DNA of 20,000 nt from an uncultured virus (IMG/VR IMGVR_UViG_3300036985_007154) (IMGVR_UViG_3300036985_007154); one strand, 5' to 3'; counted from the first letter of the stretch, positions 1 through 10,617 are shown. Numbers and translations: made by a program. The notes: a model not told the origin generated them from the sequence alone.

Positions 1-1086
1 ACAAAAGTATCTGACCAACCTGGCATTAAAGTCGGTAGATATATTCAAACTCAGAACAGATTTATAAGTGAATATACTCCCGAAGGATTTAAGAAATTAA
101 CTTTTGGTGGAGGCACCAATACTGCTCAAGATGCTTTGAATCAATTTACAACATTAGGAGCAACAATAGACTTACAAAGATATTCAAACAATTTATCTTT
201 AGGTTCGGCCCTAACACCCAACTCAACTCTTTTTGTTCAATATCGAGTTGGTGGTGGATTAGGTACTAACTTAGGAACAAATGTTATTACTCAAATCGGT
301 ACGGTGTCTTTCTTTGTTAATGGGCCATCTGAACTTACAAATTCATCGGTAGTTAATTCTTTAAGATGTAATAACGTTACTGCAGCAATTGGTGGGGCGG
401 GTTTACCTTCTTTGGAAGAAATTAGAAATTACGTTTCGTTTAACTTCTCAGCACAGAAAAGAGCCGTTACAGTTCAAGATTATGAATCTATTATCAGGAA
501 TATGCCATCAGAGTTTGGTGCACCTGCAAAAGTTTCCGTTACAGAAAATAACAATAAAATTTTAATTCAATTGTTATCTTATGATACTTCAGGGAAATTG
601 ACAAACATTGTTTCTAATACTTTGAAACAGAATGTTGCGACTTATCTGTCGAACTATAGGATGATGAATGATTACATATCCATTTTTACTGCAGAGGTTA
701 TTGACTTAAGTGTCGAAGTGTCAATTGTGTTAACTTCAGCGCAAAACTCAGGACAAGTTATCGCAGATGTTGTAGATAGAATTTCAACTTACTTCAATCC
801 ACAGGTAAGAGAATTGGGACAAAATGTTTATTTGTCTGAAATACAGAGTATTGTACAAAACCAAAATGGTGTTCTTACTGTTGCAGGAATAAAAGTTTTC
901 AATAATGTAGGGGGTCAGTATTCTTCGGCAGAAACATCTATGCAATATTCCGATCCTGAAACAAGACAAATTGCGCCAGTTGCTGATACAATTTTCGCGC
1001 AACCTTCCCAAGTATATCAAATAAGATATCCAAGTAAGGATATTAAAGTTTCAGTAGTAAACTTCCAATCCACTACATTCTCTTAA
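1..1086 (+). CDS. Baseplate wedge subunit, T4 gp6 / baseplate J-like (5'-truncated by the window edge)
   Basis: Frame 1 is open from base 1 (TKVSDQPGIKVGRYIQ...KKLTFGGGTN), so the TTG at 136 is not the real start. Motifs LTFGGG, YRVGGGLGTN and GGAGLPSLEEIRNYVSFNFSAQKRAVTVQDYESII match the gp6/gpJ-type pattern 'GG...E.IR......aQ.RAVT..DY'. Ends TAA, immediately followed by TAG. Confidence 0.85.
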   Translation, partial: TKVSDQPGIKVGRYIQTQNRFISEYTPEGFKKLTFGGGTNTAQDALNQFTTLGATIDLQRYSNNLSLGSALTPNSTLFVQYRVGGGLGTNLGTNVITQIGTVSFFVNGPSELTNSSVVNSLRCNNVTAAIGGAGLPSLEEIRNYVSFNFSAQKRAVTVQDYESIIRNMPSEFGAPAKVSVTENNNKILIQLLSYDTSGKLTNIVSNTLKQNVATYLSNYRMMNDYISIFTAEVIDLSVEVSIVLTSAQNSGQVIADVVDRISTYFNPQVRELGQNVYLSEIQSIVQNQNGVLTVAGIKVFNNVGGQYSSAETSMQYSDPETRQIAPVADTIFAQPSQVYQIRYPSKDIKVSVVNFQSTTFS

Positions 1087-1155
1087 TAGGTTTATTATCC
1101 TAATCTTTGGTTTATAATTTACAATGTGTGTCTATTTGATTTTTAAAAATTACAC

Positions 1156-1176
1156 ATAAACTATTTATAAACTAAA
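1156..1176 (+). promoter_or_regulatory. Conserved upstream element, candidate phage late promoter (copy 1)
   Basis: ATAAACTATTTATAAACTAAA; TATTTAT begins 23 nt before the ATG at 1185; 19/21 identical to 9679-9699. Confidence 0.6.
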
Positions 1177-1184
1177 GATATTAC

Positions 1185-4100
1185 ATGGGTGATTCATATA
1201 GAATTAGAACCGAACTTGGTATTAACAAATCAATTAACGTACAGTTAGACCAAGAGTTTGAGTTCTTAGAAATTTTATCTCTTAAAATACAACAAACAGA
1301 TATCTACACAAGAAGTTGTGCGGATTATGGTGTTTTAGTTGGTAGAGTCACCGCAAACAATGGATTTGGAGTACCAAACGCTAGAGTTTCTATATTCATA
1401 CCTATTGAACAGGTTGATGAATCTAATCCAATAATTACAAGTATCTATCCATACAAATCACCAAGTGACAAAAATAATGATGGGTACCGATACAATCTAT
1501 TACCATATACTCCTTCTTATTCAAAACATGCTGCGACTGGAACATTGCCCACAAAATCTGATGTTCTAACAGGAAGCACTGCCGTAGAAATCTACGACAA
1601 GTATTATAAGTTTACAACAAAAACTAATGATAGTGGGGACTATATGATTATGGGGGTTCCATTGGGAGAACAAACCATAGTCATGGATGTAGACCTTTCA
1701 GATATAGGTGAGTTCTCCTTAACACCACAAGATTTAATAAGAATAGGTTTAGCCACAGAAGCACAAGTTGCGGGTAATCAGTTCAGAACTTCTAATGATT
1801 TGAATTCTTTGCCACAAATCATCAACCTTACAAAAAGTGCAGAAATTTCACCACTTTGGGGAGACCCTGAAATATGTGATATATCAATCAATAGATTAGA
1901 TTTTGATTTACGAGATGAGGCAAACGTAGACATTCAACCAACTTCGGTTTTTATGGGGTCAATGTTTTCTTCACCTGATAAATTCAGAATAAGGAGAGGA
2001 TGTAAGCCCAAAGATAATATGGGCAATTTGTGTGGACTTACTTCCGCACCTGGTCAAATATTAGCGATAAGACAAACAATACAACAAGATGAAGATGGTA
2101 ATCCTGTATTAGAAGTTCATGAGTTAGAACAAGCGGGCAATGTAATTGATGGAGATGGAACTTGGTTAACAGAATTACCAATGAATTTGGACTATGTTGT
2201 AACAAATGAATTTGGGGAAAGAGTTTTATCAAACGATTCGACTGTTGGAATTCCAAGTAAAGCCAAGTATAGATTCAAAGTTAAATGGTCACAGGCTAAC
2301 GATTTAACAATGCAAACTAGAAGACCAAGTTATTTGGTACCCAATGTTAAAGAATATGGTTGGGAGAATTCCACAACAGATCCGACCAATTCAACAATCC
2401 AAACAAGAAAAAATCTTCAAGAAAGTTCATATTATTTTGGTTTGGCTTGGAGTGGATATACAAATGGGTTTACAGGATCAGAACAGATAGATAGGTTAGA
2501 TGAAATAATTGACTGTGAAGACACTTTTTATGAATTTCAATTCAATAGAGTTTATACTGTATCATCATTAATTGACCAATATAAAAAAGGAGGGAGAGGT
2601 AGATTTATTGGGATTAAAGAAATTGATGATGACAGTTGTGATAGTACTATTAATAAGTTTCCTGTTAATGATGGGTTCAAAAACTTTGATTTATTATACT
2701 TCTTATTTTCTATACTATTCACGGTAATTCAGTTTGTTGGGTTAGTATTATTGATAGTCGCTCACTTACTTTTGTTTCTCTACACAATTACAATTCAAGC
2801 ACTTTGTGATTTGTGTAGAGTAAAACTTCTTGGGGGTAGACCCTTCCAATTTATTTGTAATGGATTGAGACTAAAATGTGAGACGAAAGATTTCACAATA
2901 AGACTTCCGATGATAACTTATCCTGATTGTCAATCTTGTTCATGTAATGAGGCTCAGGTGGATTCCAAAGCATTACTCGGTGGGACTAATGGAGTTTTAT
3001 CTTATGTTTCATTTCCACCAAATTATATTGAAGGATTAGAGTCTATTTTTGGAGCTGATGGTACTCCATCTGATGATGTACAAATAAAGTCAACAATTTT
3101 CGCACAGGCTATTGCGGGAAATAATGATGATGTTGCAGATTTGAATGTTTTCAAAACACCAAAATCGTCGGTAGTTAGATTTTTGTCAGACGAATCTGAT
3201 GAAAGAAAACATTTCGCTTTTTCTGAAAGTTTAACTATTGGAGAACGTATAAACATATTCAATACAAGACCTTCGTATTTTGACAACTTGAATAAAATAA
3301 AAGTAACTTTTGCAAAAGATTCAAACTTTGGCAAATTTCACTTTGACAATACAATAACAGTATTATCCAATCAGTTTTACGAATCAGGGCAATTATTAAC
3401 TTCAGTAAATCCTGCGACCACAACAGATAGAAATTTTTTATATACTGCTCAAACTGAAAATACTATTGTTAATGGAATTACTGGAACTACAATCCAACAA
3501 GCAACCTCAATCAATGTAAGTTATGCGGTTACTCAAACGACTGACCAAACTGTTTTATATACATTACCTACAGGTAGTACTATAACAAGACAAGTTTATC
3601 CGCAAGACAGAGAATATTATCAAGTGGTTACTGCGATTACAGTTGCAGATGCTGCCAAGATATGGAATATAGAAACTTTGGAAACTTTTCCAAATGCAAT
3701 TGCATCCCCGACACGAGTAATTTTAGCTAAACAAAGGAAGGTTCTCGGAGTTGGTGCAGGATATTCGAGGAATGAAGATGATTTTCTAATAAGTCCATTG
3801 GATGTTTTTTCCGACATTGAAGACCAATTCATTCTGATTTTACAAAGGGGAGTTGACCCATATTCTCCGAAATATAATAATCAATATTCATTGGGGGCAA
3901 TATTTGGTAAAAATATTGATGATATTGATTTGGTAATTACTGCTCAAACAAGAGTTAATATTCCAATTCAAAAATTAAAACAAACTAATATATCTGTTCA
4001 ACCATTTAATCAGAATGGTATGTTTTATTCTTCTTATTTTTTTACACCTGGTAGTAATTTTTCAGGATTTACAACTTCTACTGTGGGTTATTATGGAAGT

Positions 4101-6068
4101 ATCGATGCGAACTCTGACATAAATAGACTAAACGATCAGAATATGGGAGGAGTAACTGCTATGGTTACTAAAACTAACAATGATTTTTATTCTATAAATC
4201 AAAATGCGGCAAAATACGATGAATCCGAGGATGTTTCTGGAGCTTCTTATATTTTTTCTAACATAACTGCATTTTCTTTGTCTCCATTATCGGCATTAAT
4301 ATTATCACCATTAGTTTGGTTTCCTACTGGGTTTGTGATAGTCTCATCTATTGGACTCTTGAATCCTTTCACACTTGGTTTAGCGGCAATAGGGGTTCTT
4401 GCTCAGGCAATTGCATCGTTTACTTTTAACTACAAAGATTTGAAATATGAATACTTCACACCGAATGCGTATCCTTCTTTGTCGGCAAACCCTATGTCAA
4501 TTTCATCTAAATTCATTAATGTGATGAGAACCGATCGATTACCATCATCGGACGCTCTTAATGGAAGTTCATGGCAAACAAATCCAGCTCTGTTACAACA
4601 AAACAATAATTTTGTTTTTTATGAAATTCCAGAATTAGATGCGTCAGTAGGTTTACCACCATATAGTTTAGGTGCTGAAATCCCTTTTGCTGATGTCGAA
4701 GGTTTACCAAATGGTATAACTGTATTATCATCTTTCAATTGTGAAAATATGGTCGGGCTGGATTGCTATCAAGGATTTGGAAATAACTTTCAAGTTAATC
4801 AAGAGTGTACTACAAAAGATGCTGTTGAAAAAGGATGTTATATGTTTTTACGAAGACCATTAGCAGATTTAGGTAAAGATATTAATAACTTCAACGAGTG
4901 GGGATATAGATTTAGATTTTTTTATGGTCTGTGTAGAGGAGTACTTGCCCAATCATTTATGAACAATTGGATTAATGGTTCATTATATTTCTTTCCCATA
5001 CAAGTTGATACTTTTTATAATAAGCAAAATAAAATCAGCCAAGTACGATTCTGTGAAGATGTAGTGTATTATAATCGGGATAGTAACAACTTCTATTATA
5101 GAAGTAGTCCATACAATTTTACAACAAACAAATTTGTTGGAAAAATAGTAGATAAACAAGAGGGAGGTATTAATGATTTGAACTTATTATACCCTACCAC
5201 TATTATAAATTTAGGAATGAAAGATTATTTTTATTCTGAAATAACTTTTGACCCTACAACTCGAGGATTTATATTACCTAACATAAATCCAACAAGTTAT
5301 GGGGACACTTCTGATTTGATTAATTTGTTTGTAATATCAAGAATTACAGATGAAAATTTCTTAGAACAATTGATTCCTTTAGGGGATAATTCCATCAATC
5401 AGTTGTTTTCGAGAGGAAACGAATATTATGATATTAAAAATAGAAGAATAGATGGCGACCTTGCTCAACTGTTGTCAATTAATAGTGAAATTGGTAATAT
5501 CAATTTTTCACCAGAATATTATGATATTCTGTCTGGTGATACTAATTCCCCAACACAAATTTTAGGGACAGCAAGTGATCCAACAATTGCGGTTTGGTTT
5601 TCATCTACTACGGAAGATTTACAAACTAAAGATTACTTGACACCTGGTAGAATAAATTTCAGAGGAACTGATGATATAGGTTATTATCCGTACCCTTATA
5701 GTATAACATCACAGGTGGTTCCTTTCTACCAGTGGAACTTAAAAAACACTAATCTTATTTTCGGTAATCAATATAATGACTGGGCGACAGCATCTTCCGA
5801 TATTGTGCAAAATGTAAGATATCAGTCTTTAGATAGATATGCATCTGATACTCCGTATTTTTGGAGTAACAATTCAGAATCTAATGATTTGAACGCACGC
5901 GGATATATTTTCAATGTCAATGGAACAGTAGGCGATGGTCAATACATTGCAACGGGAGCATTGAAACAAAAATTTGTGGTTGGTGCACCATTCCAATTTT
6001 ATTTTGGAACTATTGTTGGGCAAACCGCTTTGGATAAATTCAAAACAAAGTATTCTGTAGATGAATAA
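1185..6068 (+). CDS. Large putative baseplate-associated protein (1627 aa), N-terminal carboxypeptidase-regulatory-like beta-sandwich, two hydrophobic segments
   Basis: Long ORF with ATG start. GVLVGRVTANNGFGVPNARVSI...TTKTNDSGDYMIMGVPLGEQTI resembles a CarboxypepD_reg/prealbumin-like fold. Hydrophobic stretches at aa ~503-540 and ~1030-1080. The structural role is inferred from its position after the wedge gene. Confidence 0.6.
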   Translation: MGDSYRIRTELGINKSINVQLDQEFEFLEILSLKIQQTDIYTRSCADYGVLVGRVTANNGFGVPNARVSIFIPIEQVDESNPIITSIYPYKSPSDKNNDGYRYNLLPYTPSYSKHAATGTLPTKSDVLTGSTAVEIYDKYYKFTTKTNDSGDYMIMGVPLGEQTIVMDVDLSDIGEFSLTPQDLIRIGLATEAQVAGNQFRTSNDLNSLPQIINLTKSAEISPLWGDPEICDISINRLDFDLRDEANVDIQPTSVFMGSMFSSPDKFRIRRGCKPKDNMGNLCGLTSAPGQILAIRQTIQQDEDGNPVLEVHELEQAGNVIDGDGTWLTELPMNLDYVVTNEFGERVLSNDSTVGIPSKAKYRFKVKWSQANDLTMQTRRPSYLVPNVKEYGWENSTTDPTNSTIQTRKNLQESSYYFGLAWSGYTNGFTGSEQIDRLDEIIDCEDTFYEFQFNRVYTVSSLIDQYKKGGRGRFIGIKEIDDDSCDSTINKFPVNDGFKNFDLLYFLFSILFTVIQFVGLVLLIVAHLLLFLYTITIQALCDLCRVKLLGGRPFQFICNGLRLKCETKDFTIRLPMITYPDCQSCSCNEAQVDSKALLGGTNGVLSYVSFPPNYIEGLESIFGADGTPSDDVQIKSTIFAQAIAGNNDDVADLNVFKTPKSSVVRFLSDESDERKHFAFSESLTIGERINIFNTRPSYFDNLNKIKVTFAKDSNFGKFHFDNTITVLSNQFYESGQLLTSVNPATTTDRNFLYTAQTENTIVNGITGTTIQQATSINVSYAVTQTTDQTVLYTLPTGSTITRQVYPQDREYYQVVTAITVADAAKIWNIETLETFPNAIASPTRVILAKQRKVLGVGAGYSRNEDDFLISPLDVFSDIEDQFILILQRGVDPYSPKYNNQYSLGAIFGKNIDDIDLVITAQTRVNIPIQKLKQTNISVQPFNQNGMFYSSYFFTPGSNFSGFTTSTVGYYGSIDANSDINRLNDQNMGGVTAMVTKTNNDFYSINQNAAKYDESEDVSGASYIFSNITAFSLSPLSALILSPLVWFPTGFVIVSSIGLLNPFTLGLAAIGVLAQAIASFTFNYKDLKYEYFTPNAYPSLSANPMSISSKFINVMRTDRLPSSDALNGSSWQTNPALLQQNNNFVFYEIPELDASVGLPPYSLGAEIPFADVEGLPNGITVLSSFNCENMVGLDCYQGFGNNFQVNQECTTKDAVEKGCYMFLRRPLADLGKDINNFNEWGYRFRFFYGLCRGVLAQSFMNNWINGSLYFFPIQVDTFYNKQNKISQVRFCEDVVYYNRDSNNFYYRSSPYNFTTNKFVGKIVDKQEGGINDLNLLYPTTIINLGMKDYFYSEITFDPTTRGFILPNINPTSYGDTSDLINLFVISRITDENFLEQLIPLGDNSINQLFSRGNEYYDIKNRRIDGDLAQLLSINSEIGNINFSPEYYDILSGDTNSPTQILGTASDPTIAVWFSSTTEDLQTKDYLTPGRINFRGTDDIGYYPYPYSITSQVVPFYQWNLKNTNLIFGNQYNDWATASSDIVQNVRYQSLDRYASDTPYFWSNNSESNDLNARGYIFNVNGTVGDGQYIATGALKQKFVVGAPFQFYFGTIVGQTALDKFKTKYSVDE

Positions 6069-7758
6069 GTATACAATAATACCGAGTGGGCTTAGATATA
6101 AAGGAGCTCCGTCAATAGATGAGGAACTTTCTGTAACGCTTCAGGAGCAGAGTCAAGAACTCACTGAGTATGATAGAACATCTACGTTAAATCTTGCTCA
6201 GATTTATGATGATGAACGACAGACGAGTACGATATTCAGACCAACATTTAAGGTCACGTATTTGTATGACAATACCTATACTGGTACTACAACGTATTTG
6301 CCGTTTCAATATAATCTTTATTATACTGACCCGATATCTTCAAAACAAAGCGGTATATGGAGAGGGTTTCCTCAGTATTATGAGTTTGATTTTTATAGAC
6401 CTAATGTAGGTGACAATCACTTTCAGTACAAAGCAAAAAGTGCCTACACTTATAATTGGATGTATTACTTGACATATCCATACGAGAATGATAGTAATAG
6501 ACAATTAACATACTATTCTACAACAAATAATGATGTCAACTGGATTGCGTCTAGTGGAATACCATTTTCAATAGTTAATAGTACACAAAATGGCAATGGT
6601 TTGGTTTCATTTGTATGTATTGCTCCTCATGGATTAACAACAGGGGAATATGTCGAGTTATCTTTAACCTACCGTAATTCTAATATATTTCAGGTATATT
6701 CTATTGGTAATGGATTATTTGGAAGTGACGTTCATGTTTTCAATTTATTTAATATTGGATTTACTGGTTCAACATTTAATAATGGAACGATTGGAACGTT
6801 TAGGAGAGTAATAAACCCAGATAATCTAACCGAAACAAGATCGAAATACTATGTTAAGAAATATAAGGTCTTAACCAACCTTACTGACCTTGCAATCACT
6901 AAGGCGGGATTTGAAAAAAATGTATTTGGAGAAGAAAGAAAACTTGAATACAGTTCTATAACACCAAACAATGTTACAAGAATATCTCAAAAGACAAGTA
7001 GTAATGCTTATGATGTAACGTCTAACTATGATTTGAACTTTGCGGGTTTGTTGGATAATCAAAAAAGGCCATTGAATGAAATTAGTCTAACAATAGTTAA
7101 CAAAGGATATTCGGGATATTTCAACCAAGCGTTCAATAGTGTTGGATTGAAACAGGGATGGGGATTTAATTTGGCAAAAACTGTAACCCCTTGGTGGGAT
7201 TTGAATAATCAAAGGTCAAACACAAACATACCTGTTTCGGCATATACTCTCACCAATGGCGCGACAAAAACATTTTATTACAATGATGATTTGAAAGTTG
7301 GTGATATTATGGATGGTGATTTTTGTGAGTGGAATGACTATGAACAAGTTGAACGTGTAGTCTCACCATATTACCATAAGATAAAGTTCAATCAAACTGT
7401 ATTTCAAACTACCAATAATTTTTCTACAAACTCACCGGGATATTATTATAAACCACATAACTCAATGGTGTTGAAAGTGTTTTCGGATTATATTGAAACT
7501 GGTGAATTGGGACAGATTGACAATATTCCGAGTTGGGCATTTTATTCAACTGAGGACCAACAGTTTCGATGGAGGGATATTTATACCTATGGGTTTATAG
7601 ACAATTTGGGACGTGGTGTTGATTATCCATACTTAAACTCTGCTCATTATCCTTACACTCAGGCGATTTTTAGATTGATTCCTGAAGGAATAAATTATAA
7701 CGATAATCTTGACGGATTTGACTTTGCAATAAAACCACTAATAGATGAGTGTGAATAA
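6061..7758 (+). CDS. Hypothetical phage structural protein (565 aa)
   Basis: Long ORF with an 8-bp overlap (ATGAATAA) with the upstream gene. Tyr/Phe/Asn-rich. Contains CIAPHGLTTGEYVEL (~6616-6660), an 'HGL..G..V.L' small beta-domain motif seen in phage tail proteins. Confidence 0.6.
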   Translation: MNKYTIIPSGLRYKGAPSIDEELSVTLQEQSQELTEYDRTSTLNLAQIYDDERQTSTIFRPTFKVTYLYDNTYTGTTTYLPFQYNLYYTDPISSKQSGIWRGFPQYYEFDFYRPNVGDNHFQYKAKSAYTYNWMYYLTYPYENDSNRQLTYYSTTNNDVNWIASSGIPFSIVNSTQNGNGLVSFVCIAPHGLTTGEYVELSLTYRNSNIFQVYSIGNGLFGSDVHVFNLFNIGFTGSTFNNGTIGTFRRVINPDNLTETRSKYYVKKYKVLTNLTDLAITKAGFEKNVFGEERKLEYSSITPNNVTRISQKTSSNAYDVTSNYDLNFAGLLDNQKRPLNEISLTIVNKGYSGYFNQAFNSVGLKQGWGFNLAKTVTPWWDLNNQRSNTNIPVSAYTLTNGATKTFYYNDDLKVGDIMDGDFCEWNDYEQVERVVSPYYHKIKFNQTVFQTTNNFSTNSPGYYYKPHNSMVLKVFSDYIETGELGQIDNIPSWAFYSTEDQQFRWRDIYTYGFIDNLGRGVDYPYLNSAHYPYTQAIFRLIPEGINYNDNLDGFDFAIKPLIDECE

Positions 7759-8575
7759 ATTTGTAATTAGACAAGAGGTTGGTGTTGACAAACAAATCAA
7801 TATACCTGTGGAACTCAAGTGGGATTATTTGGGATTGGACATGGCTATTGATGAATATGAGACCAAAGTAATCAAAGAAGTCATTGGCGATGGTAGAGAT
7901 TTTGAGGTTTCAAGATTTGCCCATGCACCTGCCACAGGAACTACGAATGATACATTAATCAATTATGAATTTTATTTTTATTCTGGTGGGTCTCTGAACG
8001 ACCTAAGTAATTGGAGAATCAATTATTTAAGTGAAGGGTTTACACCACAAGAAGTATATTATTATAATGATGTATTTGCCAATTCGTTTTTCAAGTTGGA
8101 TTTTTATGATACTCCAGATGAAAAACAACAAACAAATTATTTAACTATCATATTACCTACACAACAGGGTTTAATGATGGAAACCCAAATGCAACGGACT
8201 TCGGTTAATATTAGAAAACCACAGTTTATTTTAGATTATGTTGGTGATAAAGAAGGATTTTTTATCTATTGGTTAAAGAAAAGAAATTTTCTCAATATCA
8301 ATACATTCTATATGTCCGCGAAGTTTTTTAACGCTAAAACTGGACAATTCACAAGAATGATGACGGGTAGAGGTACAAATCCATTGGACTTAACAAACGG
8401 GCCTCAAGTGTATTTAACGGGAAACAAATATGCTTTTGACAGCACACAGTTTTTTTACTATACGGTTAAACTTGATTATGAAACACAAACTTACCAAGTG
8501 TCAAATACAAGTGGGCAAAGGGTGGGAACCAACATTCCTATAAAATGGTATGAATATGTAAACCCTCCACAGTAA
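7745..8575 (+). CDS. Hypothetical phage protein (276 aa; alternative GTG start at 7751)
   Basis: Overlaps the upstream stop. GTG at 7751 would give MNKFVI with an 8-bp overlap identical in form to the previous junction. Aromatic-rich (SFFKLDFYD, GFFIYWLK). Confidence 0.6.
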   Translation: MSVNKFVIRQEVGVDKQINIPVELKWDYLGLDMAIDEYETKVIKEVIGDGRDFEVSRFAHAPATGTTNDTLINYEFYFYSGGSLNDLSNWRINYLSEGFTPQEVYYYNDVFANSFFKLDFYDTPDEKQQTNYLTIILPTQQGLMMETQMQRTSVNIRKPQFILDYVGDKEGFFIYWLKKRNFLNINTFYMSAKFFNAKTGQFTRMMTGRGTNPLDLTNGPQVYLTGNKYAFDSTQFFYYTVKLDYETQTYQVSNTSGQRVGTNIPIKWYEYVNPPQ

Positions 8576-9669
8576 TGTCACAGGATACTTATAGATTTAT
8601 TGTCTCACCTGAAAATATTATAAGGGATTTATCCGTTGTTTATTACAGTGGTACTCCTGTTGGTGTTTACTCCGCTATGACGCAAGTTGTTAGTTCGGGT
8701 CCTAATGGTACTTCGTTGTTAACCAATTTGTCAGTACCTATATTATTAAGACAAACCGCAGTTGACGTTGGATATTACAGTCCATTTGATGGAGCTGTAT
8801 TACAAAAAGATGTTGTTACAAATTTTATATTTTCGTCAACAACAACTAATCCATATGTATGGAATGTATATAACACTTCAGATGAATTTCAAAAGTTTTT
8901 GGAATTGTCAGTATACAGAGTGGATTGGGGAGATGGTAGCCCCAAACAAACAATTACAACTTACACACCAAATTCGATAAGTCATACTTACCCAACTGCA
9001 ACTAAACAATATACTATAACATTGGAACAAACAAATCCGTGGGGTATAACAAAGGTATCAAAAACAATCAATGTACCATTCACAGATGTCATAGTTTATA
9101 ACCCACAAGGTCAAGCATTTTTTGCACCTTCCACAGGGAATTGGATTGGGACACCCGTGTCTTACGATTATATATTTTCAGGAGATGCGGTCAATGAAGT
9201 TTCAGCACAAACTTCAAACAATTATGTTACAGTTCCATTCATGGTTTCAGGTAATACGAAATCAAGGATAAATGAATTGGCATTATATGGTAGTCCAAAG
9301 TTTCAAGTTGGAGTACCTGTGATTAGTTATGGACAAATATGGGGAGCAATATCAGATATAAATCCTGTGTACACTGCCTATACAATTACTGGTGTTCATT
9401 ACTATGATTACAATGATGGGACTACAATATTTTTTCAACAATCATCGGGGTTAACTTCAAATAATTTAACGGCACAACCTATTACCAAAGATGAAGTTCT
9501 TCTCAAAGTAATCGACCAAGCTCAAGTACAAACCAACGTATTTGTTGAACGGGGGAAGAATAGTGCCTATGAAAGAGTTATGAGATTGGGTGAAGTTGAT
9601 AACTTGGGAGATATGATTAACTACGGATATGGATTCTTTAACGTAGTTAATAAAAAAAGCGTTAATTGA
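8575..9669 (+). CDS. PKD/Ig-like domain-containing putative virion protein (364 aa)
   Basis: TAATG coupling to the upstream gene. YRVDWGDGS...SHTYPTATKQYTITLEQTNPWG (from 8914) matches the PKD signature 'W.GDG...HTY....Y.v.L...N..G'. Confidence 0.65.
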   Translation: MSQDTYRFIVSPENIIRDLSVVYYSGTPVGVYSAMTQVVSSGPNGTSLLTNLSVPILLRQTAVDVGYYSPFDGAVLQKDVVTNFIFSSTTTNPYVWNVYNTSDEFQKFLELSVYRVDWGDGSPKQTITTYTPNSISHTYPTATKQYTITLEQTNPWGITKVSKTINVPFTDVIVYNPQGQAFFAPSTGNWIGTPVSYDYIFSGDAVNEVSAQTSNNYVTVPFMVSGNTKSRINELALYGSPKFQVGVPVISYGQIWGAISDINPVYTAYTITGVHYYDYNDGTTIFFQQSSGLTSNNLTAQPITKDEVLLKVIDQAQVQTNVFVERGKNSAYERVMRLGEVDNLGDMINYGYGFFNVVNKKSVN

Positions 9670-9678
9670 AAAAAGGAA

Positions 9679-9699
9679 ATAAAGTATTTATAAATTAAA
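9679..9699 (+). promoter_or_regulatory. Conserved upstream element, candidate phage late promoter (copy 2)
   Basis: ATAAAGTATTTATAAATTAAA; TATTTAT begins 24 nt before the ATG at 9709. Confidence 0.6.
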
Positions 9700-9708
9700 T
9701 AAGAGAAT

Positions 9709-10617
9709 ATGGCAATCGGATCATACGGTACAATAAGACCTTCAGATGTTTCACCAGCGGATGTAGATATCATCATGAATTATACTCCGACAAGGGATGT
9801 GACAGACCAATTTGTTTTAACAAAGTTGGATGCTCAGACTATATTGAGACCATACTTCGCAAACTCTGAAACAGGGGGGAACGCTGGTGTTGAAGTATTA
9901 GGTGGACTTTATAATTTAACATTACCTGCCAATCAATTCAACGCATTAGGAATTTATACATTATATATTAGACCTGCGGAAATTAGAACGGTTATTAGTG
10001 ATTGTGGTGTTCTAAGTGCATTACCAAACGTGAAGGGTATTATAATAGACATTTCTGATGTACCAACACAATATCAAAACAAATTTGTACCACAGGGTTT
10101 AGTGGGATTCAGGGTGGAATATCTAAATCCAGATGGATCAAAAATTCCTAATTTCTTCAGAGTTGTTACATCTAGTTTCTTTTGTGAGCCTGTTACGACA
10201 AATGAGGTTAATGTAACTCAAAAGGCGGTAAGATATAGATATATTGATGGAGATTCAAATTTAATATTCTTAACTCTATCACCTTCTTCATCGCCAACAA
10301 ACAAACCAAATGCAACTCCGTTCATCGGACAGCCTGACCAAGATATTATTATTACGAATACCTTTTTCAATCCAGTATCTGTTGAGATTGAAATGGTTGA
10401 GTACGATATTTCTTCTCTTGCAATTGCTCTATATGGTAATCAAACCAAATCTATCGACGATGGTATCTACACTATCTACGATTCTAATGATAACATATAC
10501 AGACAATACAACCTATACGAAATTAGAGACCAATTTAACGCTCTTCTTTATGAGGTTAGACAAAGTAGAGGTAATAATATTGATTTCAGTAAAAACTTTA
10601 CAAATATAACTAGTTAA
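9709..10617 (+). CDS. Hypothetical phage protein, probably structural (302 aa)
   Basis: Clean ATG ORF after the upstream motif, coupled (TAATG) to the wedge-like gene. No family recognised. Confidence 0.6.
   Translation: MAIGSYGTIRPSDVSPADVDIIMNYTPTRDVTDQFVLTKLDAQTILRPYFANSETGGNAGVEVLGGLYNLTLPANQFNALGIYTLYIRPAEIRTVISDCGVLSALPNVKGIIIDISDVPTQYQNKFVPQGLVGFRVEYLNPDGSKIPNFFRVVTSSFFCEPVTTNEVNVTQKAVRYRYIDGDSNLIFLTLSPSSSPTNKPNATPFIGQPDQDIIITNTFFNPVSVEIEMVEYDISSLAIALYGNQTKSIDDGIYTIYDSNDNIYRQYNLYEIRDQFNALLYEVRQSRGNNIDFSKNFTNITS

Noticed and set aside
136..138. TTG start of the first ORF as given in the track
   Set aside because: The frame is open back to base 1 and includes a conserved-looking LTFGGG motif, so the gene starts upstream of the window.
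1087..1157. Small inverted repeats (TAGG...CCTA, ATGTGT...ACACAT, palindrome ATTTTTAAAAAT at 1139-1150) as a terminator or operator
   Set aside because: Short, AT-rich and weak; no GC stem with a U-tract; likely chance.
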